Part shown: positions 23,415 to 36,700 of the stretch, in pieces | Layout of the letters: each line of letters starts with the position of its first letter | Numbering within the stretch: the stretch's first letter is position 1 | DNA from: Octopus vulgaris | Lineage: Eukaryota | Reading direction: 5' to 3' | Length of the DNA stretch: 64,000 nucleotides | Assembly: GCA_951406725.2 (NCBI GenBank) | Contig: OX597820.1 | Span: forward strand, 15,624,001-15,688,000 | Position numbers and translations under genes: made by a program | Notes under the pieces: model-generated | Told to the model about the DNA's origin: nothing | The model's input: the letters and a program-made list of their open reading frames with translations, nothing else | Databases searched by the model: none

Positions 23415-23840
23415 GCTGAAAATTTTTTTCCTCGTCTAGGCTTATAGGCCCTCATTATTGTTTTCCTGTCCTGTTTCTATTCCTTCTTGTACTGTATCTG
23501 TCCTCACCTTCGAAACACGCTGGAGTTGAACTAGGGACAGCTGATGAAGGGGATTTTTCCTTGTGTAGTTGTCTTGTACACTGTTTTTTCGTTGTTAAAG
23601 GAATGGTCCGTTCCATGCTGTTTTTACCTTTTCGTTTCTCGTTGAGTTCTACGTCTATTTGTGGTGTCCTGTACACACGTATATATATTTATATATGCAT
23701 GTATATATACATGTAGATGTAGGTACATACATATATGTTTGTATGTATGCATATATTTTATTTATTACACTATTGTATGACTAAGCGCTCTCGCGTCGAT
23801 TCAATTCGTTTCGTTTCTTCTTCTTCTTCTCTAAGCTGGT
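23415..23840 (+). mobile_element. Dispersed repeat, probably a Penelope-like 3' fragment
   Basis: The gggacagctgatgaagggg motif is shared with 1-50 (+) and 44560-44800 (-). Inserted among (TA)n tracts. Confidence 0.45.
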
Positions 23841-24324
23841 TTATATATATATATATATATATATAGGTATTAAATATATGCAGATGTATACATAATTTCT
23901 TACACACACACACACACGAGTATATGTGTATATATATATATAAATGCTAACATAAATCAGATGTATAAAAAAAGAAACAAGTCTGAAATCCATATCATTT
24001 GCAATTATAAATATATGACATTAAACAGAATAAATGTTAAAGCTATAAATAGATTAAAATTTAATTCAAACAATATACACCTTTAAGCAAAGCAAAACAT
24101 GCTGCAATGTATTTCAAAAGCAACTCAAATCCAGAAATGTTAAGAAATATTACTGAAAGATTCTAACCTACAACTGTATTCAATTTAACAAAAAACATCT
24201 CCACTGGTTCTACACTGAGATAACAAGGATCTGAAGACCATTTTATTGTTTCCTTATTACATTACATATATTTTCTTTGTAGTTTAGGCACTATTAAAAA
24301 ATAAACATAATTTTCACAACATGC

Positions 24325-24700
24325 ATGGCTGTATGGTTTAGAATGTCACTTTTCAACAATGTGGCTTTGGGTTCATTCTCACAGAATGGTAATTTGGGTT
24401 AGTGTCTTCTACTATAGCCTTAGACTAACCAATGCCTTGTGAGTAAATTTGGTAGACAGAGACTGTGTGGAAGCCCGCTGTATGTGTATGTGTGTGTCTT
24501 TATGTCTGTGTTTGTCCTAACACTAATTGACAACCACTGTTGGTTTGTTTACCTCCCTGTAACTAAGCAGTTTGGCAAAGAAAAAATGATGAATAAGTAC
24601 CAGGTTTTAAAATAAATACTGGGATCGATTTTTTCAACTAAACCCTTCAGGACAGTACCCCAGCATGGCCACAGACCTGACTGAAAACAAGTAAAAGCAA
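24325..24700 (+). mobile_element. Family A SINE (diverged)
   Basis: Collinear with the 13621 copy. Confidence 0.75.
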
Positions 24701-24784
24701 AAAAAAACCAATTAAAAAGAAATAAATAACTTTAGGTGTCACTTTCTCCATCTTTCCTCTCTTTGTTGCTATGTTAGGTAGTAA

Positions 24785-25176
24785 CCCTATAACATTTAAA
24801 CCAACCATATCTGGCCTCTCACACATACCCTACAATGTCATTCTAAAAATAAACAGCCATTCATCAAAATTTCAAAGCTAAGGGATAATGCTTGATTAAC
24901 CCTTTCATTACTGCATTTATTTTGAGATGCTCTGTTTCTTTCAGTTATTTTAAATATAACAAAGAATTTAGTAAAATAACTTAGTTATCATTCAGCTAGT
25001 GTTAGGAACATAAATTGTGACTAAGGTTTGATGGAAGATTTTAATTCAAATCTTATGAAAGGACATTTGTACTCAGAGCCAGTGCTGGGTTCAGCTGGGT
25101 TGGTAACGAAAGGGTTAATTCAAAACAATGTGAATAAATAATCATTTTATTTGACTATTTAGTGAACACTAAAGGG
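24785..25176. mobile_element. Nested piggyBac-like MITEs (inner element 24900-25114)
   Basis: Inner element TTAA-CCCTTTC...GAAAGGG-TTAA; outer element gTAA-CCCTATAAC...CTAAAGGG-TTAA. Confidence 0.75.
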
Positions 25177-25469
25177 TTAACTCCATTTTATGACTGCTAC
25201 AAGTCAAAATCTACAACCAGTGTACTTTATGTAAGTAGAAGTCTAATTCAAGACGATACACACATCCTGTTTACTATTAAGTACAGTATATTTTTAGGAG
25301 AAGTAGTTAAAATACACTCTAAACATTTCTGACATTTTCTAAGAATTAATATGACTTTTGTATTTATTTCCTCAAAACATTTTATTCAGTTGCAGTCTTG
25401 GGTCACAATGACTGTAAATTTGGAACTTTGTAGAAGTGCAGTTTAAGAGCTCAAGAGACAGATACTCAC

Positions 25470-25858
25470 TTTTACTCTTTTACTTGTTTCAGTCATTTGA
25501 CTGTGGCCATGCTGCAGCACTGCCTTTAGTCGAGCAAATCGACTCCAGGCATTATTCTTTGTAAACCTAGTACTTATTCTATTGGTCTCTTTTGCCGAAC
25601 TGCTAAGTTATGGGCAGGTAAACACACCAGCATCGGTTGTCAAGCGATGTTGGGGGAACAAACACATACACACATACATATATATATACATATATACGAC
25701 GAGCTTCTTTCAGTTTCCGTCTACCAAATTCACTCACAAGGCTTTGGTTGGCCCGAGGCTATAGTAGAAGACACTTGCCCAAGGTGCCACGCAGTGGGAC
25801 TGAACCTGAAACCATATGGTTGGTAAGCAAGCTACTTACCACACAGCCACTCCTGTGC
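25470..25858 (-). mobile_element. Family A SINE, full length
   Basis: High identity to the other family A copies. Confidence 0.88.
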
Positions 25859-25939
25859 CAGATGTTCTGAATATTTTACATTCATAATTACTACATCCAC
25901 TTTCCTTTCTCTTATTATGTTGCTGGTTATTATTATTAT

Positions 25940-26155
25940 TCTTTTCTACTCTAGGCGCAAGGCCTGAAATTTTGGTGGAGGGGGCCAGTCGATTAGATCA
26001 ACTCCAGTACACAACTGGTACTTAATTTATCAATCCTGAAAGGATGAAAGGCAAAGTCAACTTTGACGGAATTTGAAATCAGAATGTAAAGACAGACAAA
26101 AAAAGCGCTAAGCATTTTTCCCAGCGTGCTAACATTTCTGCCAGCTTGCCGCTTT
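25940..26155 (-). mobile_element. Family B SINE
   Basis: aaaggatgaaaggcaaagtc...ttctgccagcttgccgc. Confidence 0.8.
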
Positions 26156-26409
26156 TGATTATTATTGTTATTATTACGCTAAAAAAGACTGCTTGTATAT
26201 AATAGACATCTATTTTGAATGCGCCTTTTCAAATGCAAGAAATTACTAAGACAAATTATTTATTGATATTCCACATAAGTGTTGCTGTGTGGTTAAAAAG
26301 CTTGCTTCCCAATCAAGTGCTCCAGGGTTCAGCCCCATTGCAAAGCACCTTGATCTAACCAAAACATTGTGAGTGGATTTAATAAGAAGAAACTAAAAGA
26401 AGCTTGTTG

Positions 26410-26939
26410 CATCATCATCATTCAATGCCCATTTTCCATGCTGGCATGAGTTGGACAGTTCGACTGAGGTCAGAGAAGCCAGAAGGCTGCACCAGGCCCC
26501 AATTTGATCTGGCAGTGTTTCTACAGCTGGATGCCCTTCTTAGCACCAACCATTCTGAGAGTGTAGTAGGTGCTTTTTACGTGCCACCAGCACAGGGGCC
26601 AGAGGAGCTGACATCGACCATGATCAGATGGTGTCTTTTTATGTGCTACTGGCATGGAAGCCAGTCAAAGCGGCAGTGGCATCGGCCATATTCAGATGGT
26701 GCTTTTTACGTGCTACCAGCACGGGGCTCACAATTATAATTTCCATTTGATTTGATTTTGATATTGATGTTGATGTACTTGACTCAATAGGTCTCCTTAA
26801 GCACAGCATGTCGCCCTACGATCCAAGGTACTTTTGAGTGGGTTTCTTATGCGACACTGGTGTAGGTTACAGCTGTGGACTCACTTTATTTGCCAGGTCT
26901 TCTCAGTCACAACATACTTCCAGAGGTCTCAGTCTTTTG

Positions 26940-26979
<40 letters not shown>

Positions 26980-27245
26980 CCTCGACTGGCCTCTGTGCTG
27001 GTGGCACGTAAAAAGCACCAACCGATCATGACCATTGCCAGCCTCGCCTGGCAACTGTGCCAGTGGCATGTAAAAAGCACCCACTACACTCACGGAGTGG
27101 TTGGCATTAGGAAGGGCATCCAGCTGTAGAAACACTGCCAGATCAGACTGGGCCTAGTGCAGCCTCCTGGCTTCCCAGACCCCGGTCAAACTGTCCAGCC
27201 CATGCTAGCATGGAAAATGGACGTTAAATAATGATGATGATGTAT
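26410..27245. mobile_element. Head-to-head pair of family D SINEs around (TA)n
   Basis: Minus copy at 26410-26940 and plus copy at 26980-27245, ending gacgttaaataatgatgatga. Confidence 0.75.
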
Positions 27246-27679
27246 GTATGTATGTATTGTGTGCTTGTGTGTATGTGTACCCTTTTCTTAATGTCATGTG
27301 ATGGTTGTAAATGAGCATCACCATCATACAGGCAAAGCTGTTTGTTTCCACTTTCGCCATAAAAAAACATTGGCCATGGGAAATATTACCTTGCTTTAAA
27401 AAACAGGTGGGAATTAGAGTTAGGAGGGGCATCTTGGCATAGAAAGTCTTCTTCAACAAATTCCTCCTGAGTCATGCAAGCATGGAAAAGTGGATGCTAG
27501 ATAAATAATGATGATACTGCTTATTAAAGGATTTTCTTTAAATGCAAGGAGCATTACTGTTAAATTACTATTAGAATAATTTGCAACTGAGAACAGGACC
27601 TGCATACAAAATCTAATTACTAAGGAAGACAGCATTTGAATTATTGAGTTACCTTTTCTAGAAAAACAGTGCCTCTTTT

Positions 27680-29740
27680 ATTTTTTACTTGTTTCAAACA
27701 TTAGACTACGGCCATGCTGGGGTAACACCTTGAAGAATTTTTGGTCAAATGAGTCGACCCTAGTACTTTTTTAAGTCTGGTACTTATTCCATCAGTCACT
27801 TTTGCCAAACCACTAAGTTACAGGACATAAACAAACCAACATCGATTGTCAAGCAGTGGTGGAAGACAAACACAACAACAACACACACACACAAATATCA
27901 TCTCAGGTTGATATTTTTTATTAAGACAATGCTTAATTCTTTCAATTTCTTTATTCCTCTCTATTTTCCAAGTTTAAACTGTATTCTCTATTTGATAGGT
28001 GTTCTTCAGGTTTCATGTACCAAATTCATTCACAAGGCCTTGTTCAGCCCAAGGCTAGTGTTAAAGACACATAACCGAGGTGACATATAATGGGACTGAA
28101 CACAGAACCATGTGCTTGGGAAGCAAACTTCTTACCACACAGCCACGCCTGCAATTTCAAATTTCATATTTAAATTACACAAATTATAAGAATTGAAATT
28201 CCCAATACATGAAAAATATAGAACATCAATTTCCAAACTCAATATGGGATTATTGTAACAGCAGATAAATGTAAAATAAAGGTTAGTAAAAATGAATAAA
28301 AATGTCAAAATACTTATTGCATTTTTAATTTTCTGAAAGGTTAATCATGTGCAATAAATGCCATGATGAGCAATATTTGATAAGAGAGAAAATAATAATC
28401 AGTAATATGAGACAATGCTTAAAATGCCAGAGATAAACTCTTACTCTATCAGCCAAAACTAAAACTACCTCTCAGCATTGTTATCAATGATGTGGTTTGG
28501 TGCATGTTGGCCTTGGTTGATCAAACACAGAACAACATGACATTATTTTTTTTTTTTCGGTCAGGATATAAGGCCACAATAGCCAATTTATAACATATCT
28601 AGAACTGCAATAGCCAATCTGATGTGAGAAAGACTTAGCTGTTATTTTCAGCAGGTGGGTGACCTCTATACCTCAAATCTTAAGTATTTACCAACTAATG
28701 TGGAAATAACACATTTAATTATATCTTTTATCTTTTACTTGTTTCGATCATTGGATTACAGCCATACTGGGGCACCACTTTGAAGGGTTGAGCTGAGAAA
28801 ATTGACACTAATTCTTATTTTTAAGTTGGGTACATATACTATTGGTCTCTTTACCAAACTACTAAATTACAGGGATGTAAACAAACCAATACTAGTCGTC
28901 AAGTGATAGTGGGGACAAACACAAATACACAAGCTTCCACTTAGTTTCCACCTACCAAATTCACTCACAAGGCATTGGTCAACCTGGGGCTATAGTAGAA
29001 GACACTTGTCCCATGTACCACATGGTGGGACTGAACCCAAAACCCCATAGTTGCAAAGGAAGCTTCTTAACCACACAGTCAAACTTGCTGAAGAAAATTT
29101 ATTTCATTTACCTAATGCCAACATATTCAGTTATAAAATCATTTCTCCTTGCTAGCAGACAACCACAGAGCAAGTTAATAATATAAAAAGACAGGGGTGA
29201 GCATTCAGTCAAAATGTGCTTCATGATATAAAGCCTTAGTTATCTCATAGCTGATAGAGGACCAAATACAGAAGATATGAGAAACATACTATATCACAAA
29301 TCTGCTCGGTCAATGGAATAATAATACTGCAATTTTCATCCCATCTATTTTACTCTTTTACTTGTTTCAGTTATTTGACTGTGGCCATGCTGGAGCACAG
29401 CCTTTAGTCGAGCAAATCGACCCCGGGACTTATTCTTTGTAAGCCTAGTACTTATTCTATCGGTCTTTTTTGCCAAACTGCGAAGTGATGGGGACATAAA
29501 CACACCAGCATCGGTTGTCAAGCAATGCTAGGGGGACAAACACAGACACACAAACATACACACACACATGTATATACATATATACGACAGGCTTCTTTCA
29601 GTTTCCATCTACCAAATCCACTCACAAGGCCCGAGGCTATAGTAGAAGACACTTACCCAAGATGCCACGCAGTGGGACTGAACCCAGAACCATGTGGTTG
29701 GCAAGCAAACTACTTACCATACAGCCACTCCTGCACCTAT
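27680..29740 (-). mobile_element. Three family A SINEs (27680-28152, 28725-29090, 29348-29740)
   Basis: Each is collinear with the family A consensus seen in this window. Confidence 0.8.
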
Positions 29741-30824
29741 ACTTACTACACAGCCACTCCCATGTTGATATTTTTCATTACAAACAGTATTCAATTCTTT
29801 TAATTTCTTTGTTCCTCCCCATTTTCCAAGTTTATACTGTAATCTCTGCATTTTATTCATTTGTGTCTCTCCAGCATATTTACTTAAATGTATAATTGAA
29901 AACGGCACTTAATACATGTTTGGTTAAACATAGATCCAAGGCAGGCAGGTTTTTATTGATGCCATGGAACAAAACATTGGAAAGCTGAGAATAAAAGCCA
30001 TCATCATCATCAGCAAGACCAAACAATGGATTAACACAAGAACTGAGCTACATGCAGCTGATTGGCTGCTGTAGCAATGCTATTCTGTGTATGCAAAGTA
30101 AAACTACATAGCATCATCATTATCATCATCGTTTAATGTCTGCTTTCCATGCTAGCATGGGTTGGGCGATTTGACTGAGGTCTGGTGAACCAGATGGCTA
30201 TACCAAACTCCAATCTGTATAAACATACATATACACACTACAGAGCAGAAAAGTTACCTTGCAACACCAAATTTCCAAAGATTTCTCAAAGAAGGGGTCT
30301 TTACTCTAAAATATTGAATGATGATGATAGATAAAAGTACATACCATTGGCTTGCACTGTTTGGCTTCTCATAAAAACATTTAATCTATATCATGTAAAA
30401 CATACATACATACATACACTACATTATATACACTACATGCATATATAGCCGATCTTTCTCCTTGTATGTTTAAAAATATAAGCAAAAATAGATTGAGTGA
30501 AAGTGAGGAAATGTATTAATAGTTGAAGTTGCTGGACTAGTCACTCAAAATTAATGACATCAATCTCTAATCATTATACCCCTAAGCAAATTACTTAATA
30601 ATGCAGGAAAGTGAATTTACTTAAGTGGTTGACATTAGATAAGTGTGTCACATGCAGATGCTGAAATATGAGCTACCCTTTAATAATGATATAAATATAT
30701 TTACATATATATATGCATTTATTGGCAGGCACATACATTTATTAATATACACATAACTGTATTAATGCTACTCTGCTTGAGTGTGGGTGTGTGTGTATGT
30801 GTGCACGTGCGCACATGTGTCTGT

Positions 30825-31160
30825 CATCATCATCATCATTATCATTATTGTTTAATGTCCGCTTTCCATGATAGCAAAGGTTGGACGATTTGACTGAGGA
30901 CTGGCGAACCAGATGGCTGCACCAGGCTCCAATCTTGATCTGGCAGAGTTTCTACAGCTGGATGCCCTTCCTAACGCTAACCACTCCAAGAGTGTAGTGG
31001 GTGCTTTTACGTGCCACGGGCAAGAGGGCCAGTCAGGCAGTACTGGCAATGGCCACGCTCAAATGGTGTTTTTTACGTGCCACCTGCACAAGAGCCAGCC
31101 CAGCGGCATTGGCTACAACCTTGCTCGGATGTTTTTTTCATGTGCCAGTAAGGCGACGTA
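30825..31160 (-). mobile_element. Family D SINE
   Basis: (CAT)n tail and ctggatgcccttcctaacg; closely similar to 45802-46125. Confidence 0.8.
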
Positions 31161-31956
31161 TATACATATATGTGTGTATGTACATATGTATGTATGTATA
31201 TATCAATATAAAAATGGAACAAAAGCACAATAAAGGGGATTAAAACATTCAAACAGATAGACGACACAAAGCGGACAATAGAGACAACAATTAGAAGGAC
31301 AGGCATAAAAGACAGGTCATTCTTGGTTTTCTTTCTTCAGTCAAGTACTAGAAGTCACGACCATTTCGGACAGTTACACTTGAGATGGTTCAATCTGGTT
31401 GTCCTCAAAAATAGTCTAAGCTAAGAGCATTAGACCCCTTTGTAAGAAAGCTAGCAAATGTATAAGGCAACAAAGACAAAAAAAAAAACAGAGAACATGG
31501 TACAGAATTATGAATATGTATGTATATTATCATCATTTAATGACCTTTAATCCATATTGGCATGGGTTGGGTGGTTTGACAAGAACTGACAGGTAAGAGA
31601 GCTCCACTAGGTTCTATGTCTGCTTTGACATGGTTTCTAAAGCGGGGTGCCCTTCCTAATGCCAACCACTTAATAGAGTATGCTCAGGGCTTTCTACATA
31701 GCACCAACACCAGTGGGGTCACCAAGTTTCTGCAAGATAAGACCCCTCAACTGACCAGGGTATAGACTGGAGGAATAAGAAACTATGATCGAGAGGGAGA
31801 GAAGCAGGTGTCTTGCTGAAGTGGTAGATACATGGCTTGCCGACATGGAAAGTGAGAGAGAAGAAAGAGCGGGATAGAGAGATGTGAATAAGAGGCAGAA
31901 TAGAAAAGAAGAGGGCAAAGGTGGATGTGTGTGTAAAAGCACTGAACAAATATATA

Positions 31957-32163
31957 TGAGGAGATGCTGGAAAGTTTCTGGCTTTGGGTAACAGAAAATA
32001 CAGGAGGATCAGTTAATTATGATTTTATTAAACATATTCACCTCTCAGATTCACACACTTATTGTAACGCTCCTTCAGTTTTTCTAAGCCCTGTAAAAGA
32101 ACTCAGAAGGTTGGGCCACCTTTCGCAATACCCTTAAAGCCAGAAACTTTTCAGCACCTCTTT
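31957..32163. mobile_element. Mariner-like MITE (other copies at 33940-34150 and partial at 33517-33580)
   Basis: gaggagatgctggaaagtttctggcttt ... aaagccagaaacttttcagcacctc inverted ends, flanked by TA-rich sequence. Confidence 0.65.
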
Positions 32164-33606
32164 GTGTGTATGTATGTACATATGTGTGTGTGTATATATA
32201 TATGAGAGAAATACAGTCTCTTTTATTAGATTGTTAGCCATTGTCAAGCATATTCTTCTATAATAAATTAAAGAAAAACACTGAATAACTTAAACTGTCT
32301 CTAAGGAGAAATTGAAAAGGTCATATTTAAAAAAAAAAATCTTTCATGTAGTTTGTACATTTGTTTATTTTTTATTTTCATTTTACTATAACAGCACTTT
32401 CCAGAATAGCATTGTATTAAATAAATACTCCTCCATCCCTTTCATTTATTTTTAGATAAGAAAAAAAGATATTAGCAAATGTCATCAAGATTGTATTTAT
32501 TTAGCAAAGAATGAATGAATGAATGAATGAATAGAAAATTTAAAGAATAATTTGTACTTGTGAAGATTTAATGTTTATTTAAATAGTTTTCAGTCTGCCC
32601 CAAAAACAATTCTTTTATTTAACAGTACACAGCTTTCAAACTGCTGAATAAGATTTTATATTGTCAATCTGTTGAATGGAATAAAGAAATCTCCCAAACC
32701 AGGCTTCCCAATATCTTGAAAATAAGACCTGCATGCTTTTGGTACAGGTAACCTTGTTTATCACCTGTTCATTCATCACTAATCTGGGATTACACGGCAC
32801 ACCCGGAAGATGTAAGCCATGTTAGACTTATCATGGATTGATCTGTGATGATACAGGTTGGTGATTAGTTGAAGATTCTATTTGTACTGCAGAAACATAT
32901 TCCTAGCAACCATCCACAGTGTGCAGCTACCCAGAATGCACTGTATCTTGTGTTTACACAACCATGCTGCAAGGCTGCATATCTTTTATACAGATATACA
33001 TCCTTGTACTCATCAACATGGGACCAGTTAGTGAACAGGAAAAATAAAAAAGGTACCTGATCCTAACAAACAACACAGATGAATGTTTTTCTATAGGAAT
33101 AGCTAGAGACAATCAAGAAAATATGTGGCAATGGCAACTTTGCTGCTGTAGGCCATGAATTTGGTATTATTTGTTCCATTTACAAAATGCATGGAGATGA
33201 CGCTTTTATTGATTCATTTATCACTGGATTTTTTGGAGGATTTTTTTTTTTTTTTTTGTGAGGGTTAACCAAACCAAGTTGAGAAGATACATTAAACTCT
33301 AGGATATCATCTTCACAATATAAAAATGGGAGGCGATGGCTAGAATATTGATTGTACATTGAATGCATTACAAAATAATCAACTCACTAGACAGCTTTAC
33401 TAAATGAGCCTCAAAATTTTATATAACTATAAAGGACATTATTTGTTTACTCATTTTGTTGTTCATCTTTTCTTTCATGCTAGCATGGTGCTGGCATAGA
33501 TTACAAGGACCCAAAAGGCCGTGCCTCTAACCAGGCCTTTTGTGATACCCTTAAAACCAGGAACTTTTTGGCACCCCCTTGTGTGTGTGCGTATATATAT
33601 ATATAT

Positions 33607-33724
33607 ATCGTGACGCATATTTGCCATTTGAATATGGCTCACCCATAAGGGTGGATGCTACTGTAGTTTGTAGCATCCACCCTTATGGGTGAGCCATATT
33701 CAAATGGCAAATATGCGTCACGAT
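33607..33724. repeat. Perfect inverted repeat, 55-bp arms and 8-nt loop
   Basis: Arms 33607-33661 and 33670-33724 are exact reverse complements. Confidence 0.95.
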
Positions 33725-36700
33725 GTGTTACCGCTACTGTTTATAACTCGCTCTGTGATTTATCATTGTTATATATACATATATATATATACACACACTT
33801 ACTGTTTGATAACCCTTACCCATTTTTCAAAGAAGGGATCTGTTGTTCTACAAATCCTGCTGGCAGGAAATTGACAAAGCATCACTGCTTACAGCTCAGT
33901 TATTATCAGAGAAGTGAAAATGTAAGCAATCACACACAAAGAGATGTTGAAAAATTCCTGGCCATGAGTAAAAGAAAATACAGGAGGATCAGTTAATTAT
34001 GATTTCATTCAACATATTCCTCTGACTTTTACACACTTATTGCAGTGGACCTTCAGTTTTTCTAAACCCTGTAAAAGGACTCAAAAGGTTGTGCCTCTAA
34101 CCAGGCTTTTTGTGATGCCCTTAAAACCAGGAACTTTTTGGCACCCCCTTCTGTGTGTGTGTGTGTATAATCCTCATCATCATCATCACCATCATTTAAT
34201 CTCCATTTTCCATGCTGGCATGGGTTGGATGGGTTGACTGAAAACTGGTAAGCTGAGGAGCTACACCATGTTCTAATCTGATTTGGCATTAGTGGGTGCT
34301 TTTTACATACCACTGGCATGGCTGCCAATTACAAAACACCAGCATCAGCCATAACTACTATTTCACTTGGCTTCTCAACTTGTGTACACTTTCTATCTAC
34401 CAAATTCATTCACAAAGCATTGGTCAGGTCAACTAAAGGCTATAGAAGACACATGCTCAAGATGTTGCGTAATAGGTCTAAACCTGAAACTGTGTGGTTT
34501 GTGTAGTGAACTTCTTAACCATGCAGTCATGGACATGCTTTATGTTTCCAACTAGAATAAATTCAGTTGTCTCATTGAGGACCTGGCATTAAGTTATATA
34601 TAGAAAGAAGGATTTCTAATAAGTCAAGTATCTTATATATTTATTTTATTAATACTAATATTTTTGCCTCAGAATGTAATGAAAAAATACTTAATTATAG
34701 CAAATGTAGAATGTGTACAATTAATTTTTGGCAATGTTGCATGATAGAATTAACAACTCAACTAATACAATTACTTCTGTGTTGTTTGCAGAAACAGATT
34801 TTGACAGTGTTTTTCTTTCTTTTGTCAATATAAACCAAAACAAAATCTTGGATATGACATCTGTAAATGATATGTAAACAAATTTTACAACATAAGAATT
34901 TCCAAAAACATTTATTAAGCTCAAGACATTATTTTTCTGCTTATTCAAATAGCCACAATTGAGAAGTTTCACCATGTGATGCCATGAATCTCTGCTCATC
35001 ATTAACTTTGGTGGTCCCTGAATTCTATGTTGTGTGTCTTTACCAATAACTTCAATACAGTTGAATGGTCTACATCTTATATTAGAGTGCAGAAGTCTCC
35101 AAAATACATCAAATATGGTCTAGTGTTTAGTATGATAGCAGTAGCCTGAAAAGCCTACCCTGCATTGAGCAAGAATTGCAGAGATGGGTGGAATGTATCC
35201 ATAAATTTCATCTTTAGTCGTGTGCTCAGACCATGAGATGCTATGAGTCCACATAGGAAATCAAGTATAAAAGCACAGGACATTATCAAAACCTATGTAA
35301 AGAATTTTTTTTTCAAACTTTCTTGTAGTTTTGCTTTCAATTCCACTTTGTGGCACCTTGGGCGTGTTTTACTATTTCTTCAGGTAAATGAAAGCATTGT
35401 GAATTAAAATTGGTACTGTACCTATTTTTGAATGCCAAACTTAAACAATCATTCACTTCAACATTTCCACCAAATCCATGGATGATTTTAATGGAGTCCG
35501 CTTTGTGGTGATTGCTTGTATTAGACCTCCGGTCTGAGAAAAACTTCTTCCTAGCAGTTTTAGAGGTTCTGAAAATGGTTATAGGACTGCCCTTCTCTCT
35601 TTAAGCCATAAAAAAAATTAATAAAAGCATGCTTCCATTTCTTAAGCACTGAAGTCCTGTACACATACACAGGTTAGAAGTTGAATATATCATGTAGATA
35701 TATAAATGAAAGAGTTTGTTATCAATATGATTTGGTATGATGTGTTGGAGTGATAAGGAAAAAGACATTGGGTTTTTTTTTCACAAGCATATTTCTACAA
35801 AGAACATTAATGCAGGTCAGCATCACTGCACAGCTCTGTAGTTTCAAGTAAGATATCCACAAGGTGGCTTATCCCTATATAAGGTGACTTTAACATAAAA
35901 GGAATGACTATGGCAGTCCAGCCATCACATACAGTAAAAATCAGAACCAAAGATCAGATTAGATAACAAACAAAATGATTGGGGTTATGTAATGGGGTAG
36001 CCATTAGTTGCTTTCTATCAACCAGTAAATGATCATAGACTAAGCCCTGAAAACTAACAAAGCGCATTAATTTTATAGTGCTATGCCAATACATTAATGA
36101 ATTCTGTTTACTTGTTACCTATTTATTTACTTATCTACACATAACCTGACAGAAACATTAAGAATTAAGGATCCTGATTATGGACATAGCTCAATGCCAA
36201 TAGCAAGACATGAACTATTAGCCCTAAGGCCAATAGTCTGACAACCTTATTATTTTGGTCATCTATAATTTAGCACAGGGTACAAAGCCTTTATAAAAAA
36301 TTACCAAAGCCAGTTCAGGTATTCTTTTTACAGAAAGATTTCTTTTGTCCCATTTGGCCAATAAAATCACTGAAACTAATATGAAAATATTGCTCAAAGG
36401 AGCACATACAATTCAGTTTTACCACTGTAAAATAATGATGTATGTTCTTTAATATAAGCACTTGTAGTTTAAACAAAACCCATCTGTGTAAATATTTATA
36501 GAAAAAGATAAAAGAGCAGCAAAAAAATGTTTTGATGTAAATGAGAGCACATGTATACATGTATAGAAGACAAATGGCTGACCTAAATGACAGAATGAAA
36601 CTGCATCCAAATGCTAATACACACATAGGATGGATGTTTGGCAGTTTCAACAATGAGAATTTGGTTGATCAAAAGAAGCAAAGTTACAGAAGCAAACCCA

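Noticed and set aside
23505-23560. GAAAC...CTGATGA as a permuted hammerhead (also 1-50 and 44730-44785)
   Set aside because: I could not build consistent stems I and III or a cleavage triplet.
32760-33060. Unique sequence as a possible coding exon
   Set aside because: No frame on either strand gave a recognisable protein or a convincing pair of splice sites.
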